Numbered from the stretch's first letter, positions 24,800 to 39,238 are shown. The stretch is 64,000 nucleotides of DNA from Octopus sinensis (GCF_006345805.1 NC_043020.1:19840001-19904000); one strand, 5' to 3'. Numbers and translations are program-made. The notes: generated by a model from the letters alone, not told the origin.

Positions 24800-26315
24800 C
24801 ACACAAACAAATCCCAGGTATGGAAGCAAGTCTTGGAATCAAAGGGCCTTAAAGTTAACATAGCAAAGATCAAAGTTGTAGTTATCAAGAAAACAGATAA
24901 GACTCTTTCCATCAATTAAATGGCCCTGCTCAATAGATATGAAAGGTGTTGGAAGAAATTCCATTCCATGCACCCAATGCAAGCAATGGACACAAAACTA
25001 GTCTTTGTATGTGGCAGATGTATAGGAATAATAAACACTATGGACACATGAGGATTAGATTTTCTACAATGCCCAGGAGGTTCACTAGAGGTTGAAGATA
25101 GTTTCTGTTACTAGGTGTGCAAATTAGCAGTGGAGGAGGATGTTTTGAAAGTATAGTTGCAAGAATAAGAATAGAATAGAGCAAGTCCAGAGAACCTCAG
25201 TTGGCAACAAAAGCAGATTGTATAATGCTTGTGTATGAATGTCTGTGCTGCATGGTAGTAAGGTGTGGGTCCTGAATGTGAAGACTGGCAAAGAATGAAG
25301 CTAGTATGCTCCAACAGATGTGTAACATCACTATGCTTGTACAACAAAGTGCAAATGTGCTGCAAGAAAAGTTAGGAATCAGGTGTAGTACACAAGAGAG
25401 AAGACTATGATGGTTTGGTCATGTGGATGAGGACAACTGTATAAAGAAGTGCTGATTGCTGAAAGTAGATGGAACCTGTGAAAGAGGGAGACCCAGGAAG
25501 ACAGGGGATGAAGGAGTGAAAGCTGATCAGAAGATGTTGAACCTCACAGAAGAGGAGACAAGAGATCGAGATTTCTGACAATATGAAATTCTTGAGAAGA
25601 CCCAACCACCACAATGAAATTGAGTTCTAGAAGTGTAGTATATTATGTCCTTCCCACCCACACATTACATTAATTCACCCCACCCAACGAACCAAACTAT
25701 ATCCCATGATGCTCTGTGCTTATCCCCACTGTTCTTGCAGCCCAATGCAGCTTTGTCATTTCTCTCTTTTTCCTCCCCAGTTGTATTATTGGGATCCTGC
25801 CACTCCCTGTACACCCATGTTCACTACTCATTGCATTCCCCTTCCTCTCCCCTCTATCTACTACTCTCTTTTCATGAACCCCCTGCTCATTCCCCCTGTC
25901 CAATCCTCTCTACCTCTACACTTATATTCACGTTCCTGTACCTTGAAGGCATGCCCTGGTACACTTTCACCTCTATCTTCTCCCTCTCTCTCACCCCTCT
26001 CACTGGGATAGCCATATATCTCCTCTACAGCAACACATTTGTTTCTGTCCTTGTATCAATTGTTCTCATCACCTCTTTCAATATTACTCCCCATCTCAGT
26101 TGATGGATCTTTGTCTTGTAAGTTATTAAGTGACCTCACCAGCATTGGTATCATATAAAATGCACCAACTACACTCTGTAAAAATGGTTGGCACTAGGAA
26201 GAGCATCCAGCCATAGAAACCATAGCAAAGCAGACAGTGGAGCTTCACAACTCCTGTCAAACTGTCCAACCAATGCCAGCTAGGAAGACAGATGTTAAAT
26301 AATAATGATGATGAT
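24800..26315 (+). mobile_element. RTE-clade LINE 3' part with 3' UTR and (GAT)n-like tail
   Basis: LESKGLKVNIAKIKVV, then degenerate WPCSI/NSI..TQCKQW; ends GGAAGACAGATGTTAAATAATAATGATGATG. Confidence 0.7.
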
Positions 26316-26610
26316 AATAATACAAGTTTCTTTCAGTTTCTGCTTTCCAAATCCACTTATATGGCTTTGGTTGGCTTGGGGCTATTGTAGAAGGTACTTT
26401 CCCAAGGTTCCATGCAGTGGAACTGAACCCAGAACCATGTTGTTGAGAAGTAAACTTTTTACCACACAGCTACGCCACCACCTAAAATATTAGTAATTAA
26501 CATTTAATTGTCTTTGCACATTGACTTTGAAGAGATAATTTTAAAATGACAGAAATTCAAAAATAAAAAGAAAACTGAAGTAAAATTAAAATATAAATTA
26601 CTTAACAAAC

Positions 26611-26960
26611 CTTTGAACGAGTTCATTAAGTTCAAGCTTTTTTGCCAGATGCACAAGGAGTTCAATAGGGTCAGTGGATTCAGTTTGTATCATTTGATTG
26701 TCTCTACAGAACCGACACTGGCTCACATGTATGTGAGGCTCCACACTCCAAATAAACTGCTTGCCAACGGTTAACAAATCACAGGTATTTGTATAAACGA
26801 ACTGCAAAATCTGGTTGATGAGATCAGGGTGAATGTAAGGAATCGATATCAGTTGAACATCATCTATTTGTTTTGGAGAATTGATCAGTATTAAGGCTTG
26901 GAAGTACTTTGAGTTGTGTGCTAAAATGTAACGGTGAGCAAACCACGATTTGCATCCTGA
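26611..26960 (-). CDS. IBTK: IBTK coding exon 12 (BTB1)
   Basis: Long pyrimidine tract then ttccag|TCA; SGCKSWFAHRYILAHNSKYFQAL...IHPDLINQILQFVYTNTCDLL...DPIELLVHLAKKLELNELVQ; donor AG|GTTTGT; 350 nt, phase 0 to 2. Confidence 0.93.
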
Positions 26961-27813
26961 CTGGAAAAGAAAAAGAAAGAGAAAGTAAATAAATGTGTCT
27001 GTAGATTACTAGCTGTTATTTTTTTGAGTCAAATTCATATACCTGCTTCATATCAGGTGCAAATAAGACCACCAAAAACTGCAAAATGAAAGGAGTTCAA
27101 AAGAATAATTGCACTGTATTCCAGTTTTAGGCAAAATGGTCTGTTTGAAAAATATATTTCAATGTCCACCCAAAGCCAAAACAAGTAGCAATAAGCCTGC
27201 AACTTCTTCTGGAGGGCATTGGGTGGAAGCACAAAGGATAGGTGTCCCACCCTGTAGTGGATCCAGGAGAAAACAACCATTAATGGTTGGGGATTGGGAA
27301 GTTACAACCCTTACAGATAAAGAGCAGGAGATAATGGAGGAGACCAAATAGCTAGAAATAGTCAGTGGCCCCTCTACCATAAACTTAGATGAAGGATGGA
27401 AACTTCACTATTCAGGTGTAATGCCAGCTATGCCTGCACAGGTGAGAATGTAGATATTCACAAGTCCCCACCTTGCTGGCTGTCAGGTTGTGTTATCTGT
27501 TTGAATCTTTAACTACAGTATAATGGTGAGTTGACCACACGTTCTGACTTATCACCACTATCATCATCATGAATGTCAGTTTTCCACGGTGGCACGTAAA
27601 AAGCACCATCCGATCGGGGCCGTTTGCCAGCCTCGTCTGGCACGTAAAAAGCACCTACTACACTCATGGAGTGGTTGGCGTTAGGAAGGGCATCCAGCTG
27701 TAGAAACACTGCCAGATCAGACTGGGCCTGGTGCAGCCTTCTGGCTTCCCAGACCCCAGTTGAACCGTCCAAGCCATGCTAGCATGGAAAGCAGACGTTA
27801 AACGATGATGATG

Positions 27814-27846
<33 letters not shown>

Positions 27847-27867
27847 TAATATAAACACACACACACA

Positions 27868-27938
<71 letters not shown>

Positions 27939-27983
27939 CTGTTTTGAAAAAAAAAAAAGAAAGAATTAAAAAAGGAGAGAAAC

Positions 27984-28089
27984 CTTGATTTGTACATCAT
28001 GTATTAGAGACATGTCATCACTATCATCCAGTAGTTCTCTGAAGGAGGAGATCATTCTAGAATTTCTCTGAGCTGTGTAATCTTTTAAA
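27984..28089 (-). CDS. IBTK: IBTK coding exon 11 (BTB1 start)
   Basis: atttcag|T...AAG|GTTTCT; LKDYTAQRNSRMISSFRELLDDSDDMSLIHDVQIK; 106 nt, phase 2 to 0. Confidence 0.9.
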
Positions 28090-29169
28090 CTGAAATAAAC
28101 CAAGAAAACATGAAAAAACTTTTTTTTTATATTTAATATGTAGGTGAATGAGCCTGACAACTAATAAAATCTGCCAGATGCAGTTACATCTTGTATCTGT
28201 CATCTAATAATGTCTGCCAGTTGCAGTTATACCTTGAAAGATAAGAACGATAAAAAGTGATAGGGCATACTTGAACAGTACTACAGTACAAAGGGATGAG
28301 AAATGGATTTTATTTTGTTGTTGACTTTCAGCATTCCAAGGAAAGATTTTTCGCCAAAATGATGTGGAGGCACAAACATAGCAGCGGGATTAAGATGTAA
28401 GCTTTGCAACCTTGAGGTTCCAGGTGTAATTCCAGTCAAGTTCCATGGATAATTGTCTTCTAAAGTAGCCGCAGAGTGGCCAAATGACTTGTTGAATGAT
28501 GAATGATATCACACAGCTGGATACTAAGTGGTAGTCCATCATGTGTGCATGCATGTGAGCACGTGTGCACATATACTTATGCCAATGTATATCAGGTTAA
28601 GAGGGTACTCAAAAAGACTACATACATAAATACTCCTAATCGATCAACCAGTTGATATAGCAGTCAGTGCATGCAATGTTAAACAATTGTATAGTAATCT
28701 AAATAACTAGGCGCAGGTGTGGCTATGTGGTAAGAAGCTTACTTCCCAACCACATAGTTCCGGGTTCAGTCCCACTGCATAGCACTCTGAGTAAGTGTTT
28801 TCTACTATAGCCTTGGGCCAACCAAGGCCTTGTGAGTGGATTTGGTTGATGAAAACTGAAAAAGCCCATCATATATATACATATAGATATATGTATGTAT
28901 GTGTGTGTGCATGTTTTTGCGCTTGTTTGTCCCCTCCCCCATTACTGCTTGACAACTAGTGTTGGTGTGTTTACATCCCTGTAACTTAGCATATCAGCAA
29001 AGGAGACTGAAAATAAGACCTGGGGTTGATTCATTCAACTAAAACCCTTCAAGGTGGTGCTCCAGCATGGCTGCAGTCAAACGTCTGAAATAAGTAAAAG
29101 AATAAAAGGATGCTAAGGAAACACATGTAGCAAAAATCTGTGCTGTCCATTCTAGTTCCCTTATGATGT

Positions 29170-29990
29170 GTGTATATATATATATATATACTTTAGATTC
29201 AAATGAATATGGTACTTAAGTTAGCTGCACCAGAATTTTGTATGGTGTTATCCATATAAACTCATGGGGTGATTATAATCAAAATAAGCAATAAGAATAT
29301 CTTCAGTAATTTGGTACGATCGTTTCACGCTACATCATTTTATTAAACATTTTAAGTATTACAGCAGTTTTAAAATGTTGAGCATTCATCAACCATTTAT
29401 AGAGGTTTTCCATTAATACATATTTTCATATTAATTGATAACATTATAGAGAGGGTAGGTATATAGACAGAGATGTCGATTTGAATTTTAAGAACATTAA
29501 GGTAGTAGAGTTTACCTTCTGACTGAAGAATATTCTTTAAGTTATTTTGAACTGCTAGAAGGTGGGGAGGTATATTCGGTTGAATGGAGATAAAAGAGAT
29601 TTTTTATTTATAGAAATAGGGGTGAAATAAATGTCAAAAGTTATTCCTAAAGAAATTAAAGTAGAGAGGGGGTTATAATGCCCTAGAAGCTGTTTACTGC
29701 TATTTGGCAAATAGATTTTGTATCAAGAAAACTAGATCAATGCTAGATGGTCACAATGACCACCTATATACCAAAAAGTTATAGAGAATACATAATAAAT
29801 GATAGATTTTTCTCAAAAATTAATAAATATTAATTTATAATTTCTCCTTTAATCCAATGTATCAAAATAATCAACACCTACTAGCTAAGTATAAAGCTAA
29901 TCTGTATAAGTATAAAAGAATCTCTGTATTCTCTATAACTTTTTGGTATATACTTAGTATATAACTTAGTGATTCAATAAATAGAGATTG
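29170..29990. mobile_element. AT-rich degenerate PLE-like fragment with short inverted repeat
   Basis: Inverted arms TATATACCAAAAAGTTATAGAGAATACA (about 29767-29794) and its reverse complement (about 29927-29953); no clean ORF. Confidence 0.35.
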
Positions 29991-30543
29991 ATGAAATAAC
30001 TACAAGAATGAGATACATGCAGGAATCAACACGAAAGACCAAAATTCTTGAAGATGGTACCCTGATAAACTGCATCCATTACAAATTGGAAGGTGATGAG
30101 AAGGCCACCCTACCATAGAAAACATGCCAAAAATGGAACATAGAAGTGAGATATATTCTCTGACCTATCTTGGAAGCCATTAACTTTAACTAAGAAGTGA
30201 CTTGGTTCATAACAACCAGTCCAATCCATGCCAGCATGGAAAAAAGATATAGATGATTATGGTGGTGGTGGCAGTGGTGGTTGTGATGGTGGTGCTGGTG
30301 ATTAGTGATTATCATTTATTGTTTACTTGTCTCAGTCATTGGAGTGTGGCCATGCTGGGGCACCACTTTAAAGAGTTTTAATGAAAAGAATCAACCCCAG
30401 GACTTATTTTTTTTCTTTTAAGCCTGGGACTTATTCCATCAGTCTCTCATGCTGAACTGCTAAGTTATGGGGACATAAACAAACCAACACTAGTTATAGT
30501 AGGGGACAACCACAAAGATATATACATTTATGTACATACATAC

Positions 30544-30588
<45 letters not shown>

Positions 30589-31581
30589 ACAAGCTTCTTT
30601 CAGTTTCCATCTTCTAAATCTACTCTCAAGGCATTGGTAGGTCTAGGACAATAGTAAAAGGCACTTGCCCATAGTGCCATGCAGTGGGATTGAACCTGAA
30701 ACCACATGGCTTGGAAAGTAAACTTTTTACTACACACCCATGGTTGTGCATATTAGAGACTATATTTTCTAAGTTAGAATATTTTCTTAAGCAAAAAACA
30801 TGAAATTTACTGGGGGAGAGTTGATAATGGGAAATGGGTAGTGTTCACACCTTTCCCAAGGATAAAGAAAATGATCCCAGCTATGAACTAATATTGATTT
30901 TTTTTTGTGATATTGCATCATGTGATATATAAAAAATATTATTAGCCTTTGGTTTCCTTAGTTGTATTACACATCAAAATTCACATTTATTCATAATGTT
31001 CAAGCCTATACTTGTTACCTGGTATTGAAGTCATGGCCATTACTCAGGAGTTAATTGGGAATGTTACAAGGCTTTCAAATATGATGTCTTCAATTCTCAG
31101 AGTAATCATCGATTAATTGTCTGCTGAATGCTATTGTTTTTGCAAGCTGAACATTCCTGAATTAATTCTGAGATTCTGGTTGTGCCAGTGGCCTTATGAA
31201 TCAAAAAGACTATTCAAAGTTGCCATACACACTACTCATGTTTTTTTTTTGTTTTTTTTGCCTAAAAATGGAATTTAGACAAAAATGGTGCTGAAAGACC
31301 TGGCTAAAAATGACCCCAAAATGCATTTAATTATAACCAGAGGATTGCAATCAAAGGCAAGGCATGTAACTGCTTGTTTTAGTCTGCCTGGCTTGAAACA
31401 AGTTTCACTTTTACTTAACAACACAGTAACTGGTGGTAGGAGTGGTGCCCAGCTGTAAAAACAAATTGCTCCCACAATGTGCAAATTTCTTAACTTAATA
31501 AATATGTACAAGTAATTCTTCTATCACCATCATGGCTGAAAGAAAAAATGCTAAGGCATAAAAAGAAGGGTTAATAGAAAC

Positions 31582-31747
31582 CTTGCAAAAGGATCAGCTT
31601 GGGTTACAACAAAGTTCTTCTCATCATGGCTTATGGCAAGATGTGTAGCTCGATGGACGTAAGGAAGGCGCTTCATGTGAAGGTGTTCAATCATGACTTT
31701 CTTCAGGGAACTGCCTTTGGATGGAACGCGAGTCTCCTTCAGAGGAG
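31582..31747 (-). CDS. IBTK: IBTK coding exon 10
   Basis: tttgcag|CT...AG|GTTTCT; ...LHMKRLPYVHRATHLAISHDEKNFVVTQADPFA (compare IBTK HRAVSV..D....NFA..Q.DP); 166 nt, phase 1 to 2. Confidence 0.9.
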
Positions 31748-32170
31748 CTGCAAAAATTATATGTAGAAGTATTGATAGAAATATTGTTAGATATGACAAA
31801 ACATTGGTAGATATCATAATAGCAATATAGATATAAGTATTGGTAGAGACTTGGTAGAATATTGGTAGAACACTGAATATTGGATGAAGTTATTTGAAAG
31901 ATGTTCTGGTAAAAATATTGGCATAAATCATGTGAGAAATGTTTGATAGACAATAGAGTAGAAATATTTTGCATATATAATAGAAATATTTTCTTCCACC
32001 TCCTCCACCAGTCCCACAAATGCTCCTCCTCATATCAATGCAGAAACACAAAATAGTGGTCAGGTGCATGAGCAGTGTTCAATGCCAACCTGCAAAAGAA
32101 TCACAAGATCAGGCAGAAGAGTGAAAACACTAGAGTGCTACAAAAACTTGCATCAAATAACAGTACTCAC

Positions 32171-32342
32171 ATTTTTCTTTGGAAGTCACTTGTGCTTTTT
32201 TCCACTTGCCAATATAAGTTTCTCCTTTAGTTGTGACAACACCAATATTGCACTTACTCAAACATATATCCATCACATTGAAATCACACAAACCAAACCG
32301 ACAGTATTTTATGATGGGACTATTAGACCACCAGATACAAAC
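32171..32342 (-). CDS. IBTK: IBTK coding exon 9
   Basis: ttttcag|GTT...T|GTGAGT; VCIWWSNSPIIKYCRF...VMDICLSKCNIGVVTTKGETYIGKW; 172 nt, phase 0 to 1. Confidence 0.9.
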
Positions 32343-33323
32343 CTGAAAAGCAGAGAAAAGGGGGAAAAAAATCATGTTGTTGTCATCATCAATGTTACAT
32401 AACAGTAGTTGCTTTATATAGAAATAGAAAACAAATCTCTCAGCTCACACCTAATTGTCTTCAATATAGGATGTATTCATCATATAATATAGTTATATAC
32501 ATGACCAAAAAGATGAGATGGGCATGACTGGAGCACATTAGTTCATATGTTTGCTCAGTCAGGGTGGACTCAGAAACAACACTGACAAAATAGAGGTGAT
32601 CTTCAAGGTTGCCTCAATTTGTTAGAAACAACAGCCAAGTCTACTTTCTGTCTCACTTTCAATTAGGTTGGATACTGTAGTCTATGATATCCTATTATCT
32701 GAAACAGATGGGATGATCATGGCGAGAACATCTTTTCATCATAATATATTTGATCATGGCTGACCCAGGGTTAAACAATAACAAGACATGCTCAAGTGTC
32801 ATGTTTGCCATATATCTAATTTTAGCAAAAGGTCTCAAATTTGAGGAGAGGGGCAGCTAATTTTATAAACTCTAGCACTTCACTGTCCCTTTCTGGGATA
32901 ATAAAAGATAAAATGAACCTCAGAGGGATATGAACTCAGAACATAAAGAGCTTTAACTAAAGGCTTTAAAGCATTTAAGTTTATTTCACAAGCATATAGT
33001 TTGCGGCTGAATCCTATAGCATGACACTTTGAGTATGTGTTTCTAGTCATAGTGTTGGACTGACCAATACCTTGTGGTTGTAGAAAAGAAGACATTAAAA
33101 GGATGATAGTGATGTTAATATGTGTGCATGTATTTGTTTTTATACAGCTTAATTAAGCAGTATTGTTTGTAACCTAGCAGTTTGACAAACAGATATTCAT
33201 AAAATAAGTACCTGATTTTAAATAATACTAGGGTTGATATGATCATGTAAACCCTTCAAAAGTGCAACGACTGAATTAGGTGAAAGAGTTGAAGAAGAAT
33301 AAAAAAGAAATAAAATGTTTTAC

Positions 33324-33465
33324 CCTTTTTTGACTTTTACAAAATATTAGAATAACAAGGTGAGAATTTGGAAACAAACTGGAATTGGATGAAGATGAGG
33401 ATATATTTAAATGTTCCAAGTTCAGGGTTCCTCCAGTCAAAGTGATTCTTGTGGCAAGGTTCAAA
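33324..33465 (-). CDS. IBTK: IBTK coding exon 8
   Basis: attatag|T...AGG|GTAAAA; LNLATRITLTGGTLNLEHL...LVILIFCKSQKR; 142 nt, phase 2 to 0. Confidence 0.85.
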
Positions 33466-33932
33466 CTATAATATAACAGAAGCACAGAATTACTGGTTGA
33501 TGTGAAAATGGTGATGAAACAAGTGGCAATAGTACAGTGACATGTGACAATAATGGCAATAGTAAAGGTGGTGAGCTTGCAGAATCATTAACATACAGGG
33601 TAAAATGCTTAGCGGCATTCCACCCATCTTTATGTTCTGAGTTCAAATTCTGCCAAAGCCAACTTTGCCTTTCAATCTTTTGGGGCCAATAATATAAGTA
33701 CCAGCTAAACACTGGGTTCAGCCTCTATGTGGTTGCTCAAATTGCTAGAAATAGCAGATAAATTCCTTTGAATCAGAGCACTACTGCCACTAAAAGAGAA
33801 CCCATTGAACAATGGAATCCAAGTTAAAATGGTCACAGCTGGAATGCTTTTGTAAGTAGGTATTCCATTCAGCATAGATGACCAATCATTAAGAAGATTC
33901 AGTACAACAACAACAGCAGCTGCAACAACGAC

Positions 33933-33963
<31 letters not shown>

Positions 33964-33981
33964 GCAGCAGCAGCAGCAGCA

Positions 33982-34021
<40 letters not shown>

Positions 34022-34045
34022 TCAAAGTGATGTATAATCACTTAC

Positions 34046-34217
34046 TCTGATGTGATTTTCCGAGACAGGAATTCATGGAAAACATAAACATGCCCATTTT
34101 TAGAGAGGCAGACAGTTGCAGCATCAGAACTTTCAACACACTTGACTGTTTGGTCAAGTTTTACTAGATCAAGTAGTAGATAGAGTTGCTTCTGATAATG
34201 TTCTCCTTTCATTGGAC
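34046..34217 (-). CDS. IBTK: IBTK coding exon 7
   Basis: atgacag|GT...GA|GTAAGT; PMKGEHYQKQ...VESSDAATVCLSKNGHVYVFHEFLSRKITS matches the IBTK ASDGATVC motif; 172 nt, phase 1 to 2. Confidence 0.93.
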
Positions 34218-36005
34218 CTGTCATGGAAAAAAATTGGAAAATGCAATTAGATTTGGTGTGTTTTGTCAGGCCTCAAAAATGAGAAGAGTAGACATAGAAC
34301 TGATGGAGAATGGGGTATTGGTATGTTGTACCAATAGTGCTTCCTGTTGACTCAATACGACAAAAGAAAAATATATATATATAGCACTCAGAGGAGACAC
34401 AATGAGATTTGCTATTTTGCTGGACCTCCAAGACAAGAGGACATAGAACTTAGAGGTGGTCAGTGGTCATAGGCTATGACTCATTACAAAAACAATGAAA
34501 ATTTTGCTGAGCCTCTTGGTCAAGAGGATGCAGAATCAATGTTTTTCCAGGCCAGACACAAAAACAGTAAACTAGGAAGACACAATGTGGTCTGAAGGTT
34601 TTAAAGACCTCAAAGATAAGACAACACAGAATTGAAGAAAGCAGAGTGATAACATACTACACCAAATAATGTTTTACCTGTTCACCTGACACTGAACAGA
34701 AATGGTTATTTACTGGACATAGTTGTGTGGTGATTGGCTCAACTTGATCCTCACATACTCACTAAGCAAGCACAGCTTGGTCTTCACTTATAAACTGGTC
34801 ACAACTTGGCACTCACTTATAAGATAGGAACAACCTGGTACTTAGTTTTGTGCTGAGCTCAACTCTGTACTTAAGTTTTACCTTTATATTTTTACTGGTG
34901 CATTTATACTCCTGCAACTGCTTTAGCGTCACTGTATCTACACCCTATCTATACCATTTTGTCTATGCCATTGCATGTATACAATGCACAGAGTGTCTCC
35001 AGTTAAAACAGAAAGCAAAACAAAAATAACAGAAAAGAAAACTTGCCTAAATGTCTTTTGATAAAATATACCCAACTGTACCCCATTAAGATTTACCCCA
35101 AATATTACTTTTTATTGAAACAAAGCCATTGTTTTCATAACAAAACTTATCCAGTTGTAATGTGTTAAAACATGGCAAATTGTATCTCATTAAAATCGAC
35201 ACAGCTATTTTAATTATTCACCACATCCATTAAAACTTACCAAATTGTCACCCCATCAATTGTTTATCATTAGAAATTAACTAATTGCCTCTCCCGCCAT
35301 TGAAAGTCACTCAGTTAATACCCATTAAAATAGTCAATTGTTCCCCATTAAAATCAAAATACAAGCATACCTCAACTTACATCAACATGTCAGTTTCAAA
35401 CACATGTTATTTTTTAAAGAAATTAATAGAAAAAAATAAACTTCCATTTCAGTCAATTTATTCGACCTTAAATCAATCTCTGCAAACATATTTAACCCTT
35501 TAGCATTCAAACTGGCCATATCCGGCCAAAATATTTAACCTGTTTTATGTTGAAGCTGACCAGATCCAGCTTCTCACCTCAATCCTACAATGACATTCTA
35601 AAACCAAACAATCACTTCATTGAAATCTCAAAGCTATGAGATAATGCATGATTAATTCAAAACAATATAAATAAACAAACACTATATTTAACAGAGTAAT
35701 CTGAATACTTAAAGCATATATACTTAAAAAAACACTCAGAATCCAAAACTGAGGTGGAAAATCAAGTAAAATACATATGAAAATATGTACAAATTATTCA
35801 TTCAAACAGATATAAGCTAATTCTTTTAAATGTACTTTTGTGTTACATTATTTTTTAAGGTTAGACACATGTCTTGGAACCAATTGCTGATTTAAGTTGA
35901 GGGATGCTTGTACTTACATCTGCCTTTTGCTCCACCATTATTAAAACAGTCAACTTCTCCATCAATCTATCAAAACTTAGTCAATTGTCCTCTTTTCAAA
36001 CTTAC

Positions 36006-36199
36006 CTAACTGTCCTCCATTGAAACCAACAGCATAGATAGCATCATGGGTGTAGACAACAGTGTGGTACTGGCCTGTACAGGCTCCTATCACACGAGAG
36101 GTTTTCAAACAAACAAGTGTAGGAATAAGGCAATTTGCTGGCACAGGTTTTTGCCCCAGCTGGAAATGTTCATTTGAACCACAAGTATGTACTTTGCCT
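36006..36199 (-). CDS. IBTK: IBTK coding exon 6 (RCC1 repeats)
   Basis: ttcacag|A...G|GTAAGT; GKVHTCGSNEHFQLGQKPVP...GQYHTVVYTHDAIYAVGFNGGQL; 194 nt, phase 2 to 1. Confidence 0.95.
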
Positions 36200-36399
36200 C
36201 TGTGAACAGAAACAAAAGTAAATATTGTAAGCATCTCAATGTCACTACCAATTCCAAATAAATCAATAACACAAATTTCCACATCATTTAGCGTACTGTA
36301 GTTCCATAATGATTCTCCCTCTTCAGTACAATGAAGTCTTTCTTTGAATGAAATCTTTTCAATGAAGTACATCCTATTAAGACTAAATCATGTTCACAG

Positions 36400-36777
36400 T
36401 TGTTCCCCATAGTAGCTGAAACATTCAAAATAATATCAGTTATTGACATTTTGGTCACTTCCTTGAAGTGAAATCCCAGGGTTGTACTTGTGGACCCAAC
36501 TTTTGTCTCTAGTGTTGATGCTTGACATAATGATGGGTCATTAGCAGTACACTGACAGACATCTTGACAGACTTTGACTCGATGTTTCAGACAAAATCGC
36601 AAACTACAGCACACATGTGATCATAAAAATACCAATTTCACAACTTGTGATGTAAACACAACGATGTTACTTGGTACACAGCCTCATGAAGGTCACTGCT
36701 AGCTCTCACTGCACATGCAACTGTGTGCTGCCATCTGTTCGCATCCTACAGAACTAGTCTGGGAACTTTTTGATATA
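36400..36777 (-). mobile_element. Mariner 5' fragment, same family as 19278-20165
   Basis: Shares GAAGGTCACTGCTAGCTCTCACTG...CTAGTCTGGGAACTTTTTGATA with about 20070-20160. Confidence 0.7.
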
Positions 36778-37172
36778 TATATTGCTGAGTCCCCCTTCTG
36801 CTACCACCATTCTTCCAGTCCTCAGAGAAGATGTTGATATACTCATCTCTTTTTCAAACAAATAGCATTGACAAATATATCAATTGAGCCATCTGCCATA
36901 CTAGTAGCTTAATTGCCTACTGCTATACATAGCAGTTATGCTATTGGTTGGTGAAGGAGATGAGCCTGTTTTCTCAGAGGAACAATCAACAAATAGTGAA
37001 ATGTCCATTAGGAAGTTCCCATGCTATTTTGACTGCACACTAAAAACAAAGAATAAATGTGTGTACATCATTATATAGCTGTTTAAACATAGACACCCAC
37101 AGGTACACGTGTTGGGGGGGGGGGAGGGTAGTGGTAAGTGAGAGTACTGAAATAAATGTGGAAAGAGCTAAC

Positions 37173-37258
37173 CTTTCAGTTATCATCACCGTATGATTGA
37201 CAGAAGCTGCAATGGCACTATATTTCTCTGCCTTTGAAGAATTCACCAGTTGAGGAGT
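37173..37258 (-). CDS. IBTK: IBTK coding exon 5 (RCC1 repeat)
   Basis: ttttcag|ACT...AG|GTTAGC; TPQLVNSSKAEKYSAIAASVNHTVMITE; 86 nt, phase 0 to 2. Confidence 0.9.
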
Positions 37259-38039
37259 CTGAAAACAAAGAATGTAATATTAATAAATATTTAGAGAATC
37301 TTACCAAAGCAGAAGCTGTAGTACAGCCTACCCTGTCCTCTTAGCCAAATGAGGTGGTTTGACAGGTTCAGACAAATTCCCCTCCACTTCAAAGCTCCAT
37401 GCAAATGTAATTATAATGAAGCATTTATTTTAATTTTATTGTTTTTTGAAAATTAGGTGACAAATGGTAGATCCGTTTTAAAAATTGAAAACTCCATCAA
37501 CTGAAACCCTGGCTACACCCATGCTGTTGTAGTAGAAGTGATGGTGATATTGTCAGCTGCTGTCTTCATAGAGTAGATATTTTCATCTTCCAAACAAAAT
37601 GTATGACCCGTCTGCCCATCTATGTCAGTTGTCACAAAAGAGGGTAAAGGGTAAAGACCTCCTTCAGTCATGAATGACCATGGGGTTGCACCTAGAAAAG
37701 TTACCCTCAGAGGCTCAAGTTCGGGCAAGGTTGTTTAAGGAAGACCAGCAGTCACCCATGCATACCGATCTCCCCTCTCTGCACCTCTGATGTTATCCAA
37801 AGGAAAGGCAAACGCTGAAACACTTAGGCACCAGTGATATTGCAACTCATTTCTACAGCTGAGAGAACTGGAGCAACATGAAATGAAGTATCTTGCTCAA
37901 GAACACACCACACAGCCAGGTCCAAGAATCAAACTCACAACCTCATGATTATGAGCCTAATGCTCTAACCACTGAGCCATGCTCCTTCATGTCAGAAAAG
38001 AACTATACTTACAACTTGTGCTGACTTCAACATACTTAA

Positions 38040-38260
38040 CCCTTTAGCATTTAAACTGGCCATGTCCGGCCAAAAATATTCTACCTGTTTTATGTTCAAA
38101 CTGGCCAGATCTGGTCTCTCACACCAACCTTACAATATCGTTTTAAAAATTAACAGCTACCTCATCAAAATCTTATAGCTACAAGATAATGCATGATTAG
38201 TTCAAAACAAAGTGGATGTAAAAGCATTAATTTTGGTAGAATAATGCGAACACTAAAGGG
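38040..38260. mobile_element. piggyBac-type MITE (TTAA TSD, CCCTTTAG/CTAAAGGG termini); second copy at 35496-35714
   Basis: ttaa|CCCTTTAGC...CTAAAGGG|ttaa; the internal sequence is shared with the 35496 copy, whose right end is degenerate. Confidence 0.75.
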
Positions 38261-38289
38261 TTAAATAATCTCTCTAAAATATATGCAAA

Positions 38290-38900
38290 CTATATAGATA
38301 TATTCCCAATTGATTGACATATTTTGTTCAGCAGCAGATTTTTTTTATTCTCCTTTGGTTTACAACATTATCAGACTGAACTTTAGTTCAATGACTACTC
38401 CAATTAACTGTGAATATTTACTGTTTTTGATGATATTTATAATGTCATTCATATATAGTATGAAAAGTAGTGGGCCCAACACAGTCCCTTAGGGGACACC
38501 ATTGTTGACTTCTGTTGAGTTTCAGTAGAATACAATCATAACATGTCAGGTTCTGGTTATCAGGAAATACTTAATTCATACTGGTTGGAATTTAGGGGAT
38601 TTTTGGTCTCCAGGAAGTCAGTTATTCCTAATGTAACCACCATCTCATTTACTTTAATTATGTGAGGGAGATCAGGTGACAGCTAACTGCAACTCTCTTA
38701 TTTTCCTTTTTGGAGACTGGAGCAACAAATTTGTAAGAAAATATTTGGGTTTATAGCCTGTATCTAGCAAATTTCCTCCAAAGATCAGCCAGGGAGATGC
38801 AGGTTGCTGTTGGCATTGTCAGGAGACTAGCAGAGAATTTATCAGGGCCCACTGCTGAGTAAAATTTATTTATTGCTGCTATAATGTCTGGGATGCTGAC
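38290..38900 (-). mobile_element. CR1/L2-type LINE RT fragment
   Basis: GVP*GTVLGPLLFILYMNDI on the minus strand at about 38440-38500. Confidence 0.7.
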
Positions 38901-39238
38901 ATTTATGTTGAAGATATCTTGAAGGTGGTAGGAAGGATATCTTAATGCTGTAGGAAGAGTACATTAATATATCACCACTACAAGTTATAATATCAAATTA
39001 CCAGTGACTAATATACACTTAAATTTCATTAAATAGGAACTAATACTTGTAATAAACTATCATTATAGACCTTGCTATGTTTAAAGCTAATTAAACTGTT
39101 CAAAAGACAATAAAATTACAAGTATTAACACTTACATGTTTAATCAGACATGCGGTTCCCTCATCAAGAATTTGAAGGGCAAACTAAATATTGATGACAT
39201 AGTGCGTAATTACCCCTTTCTCAATTGTCTCTCTCTCT

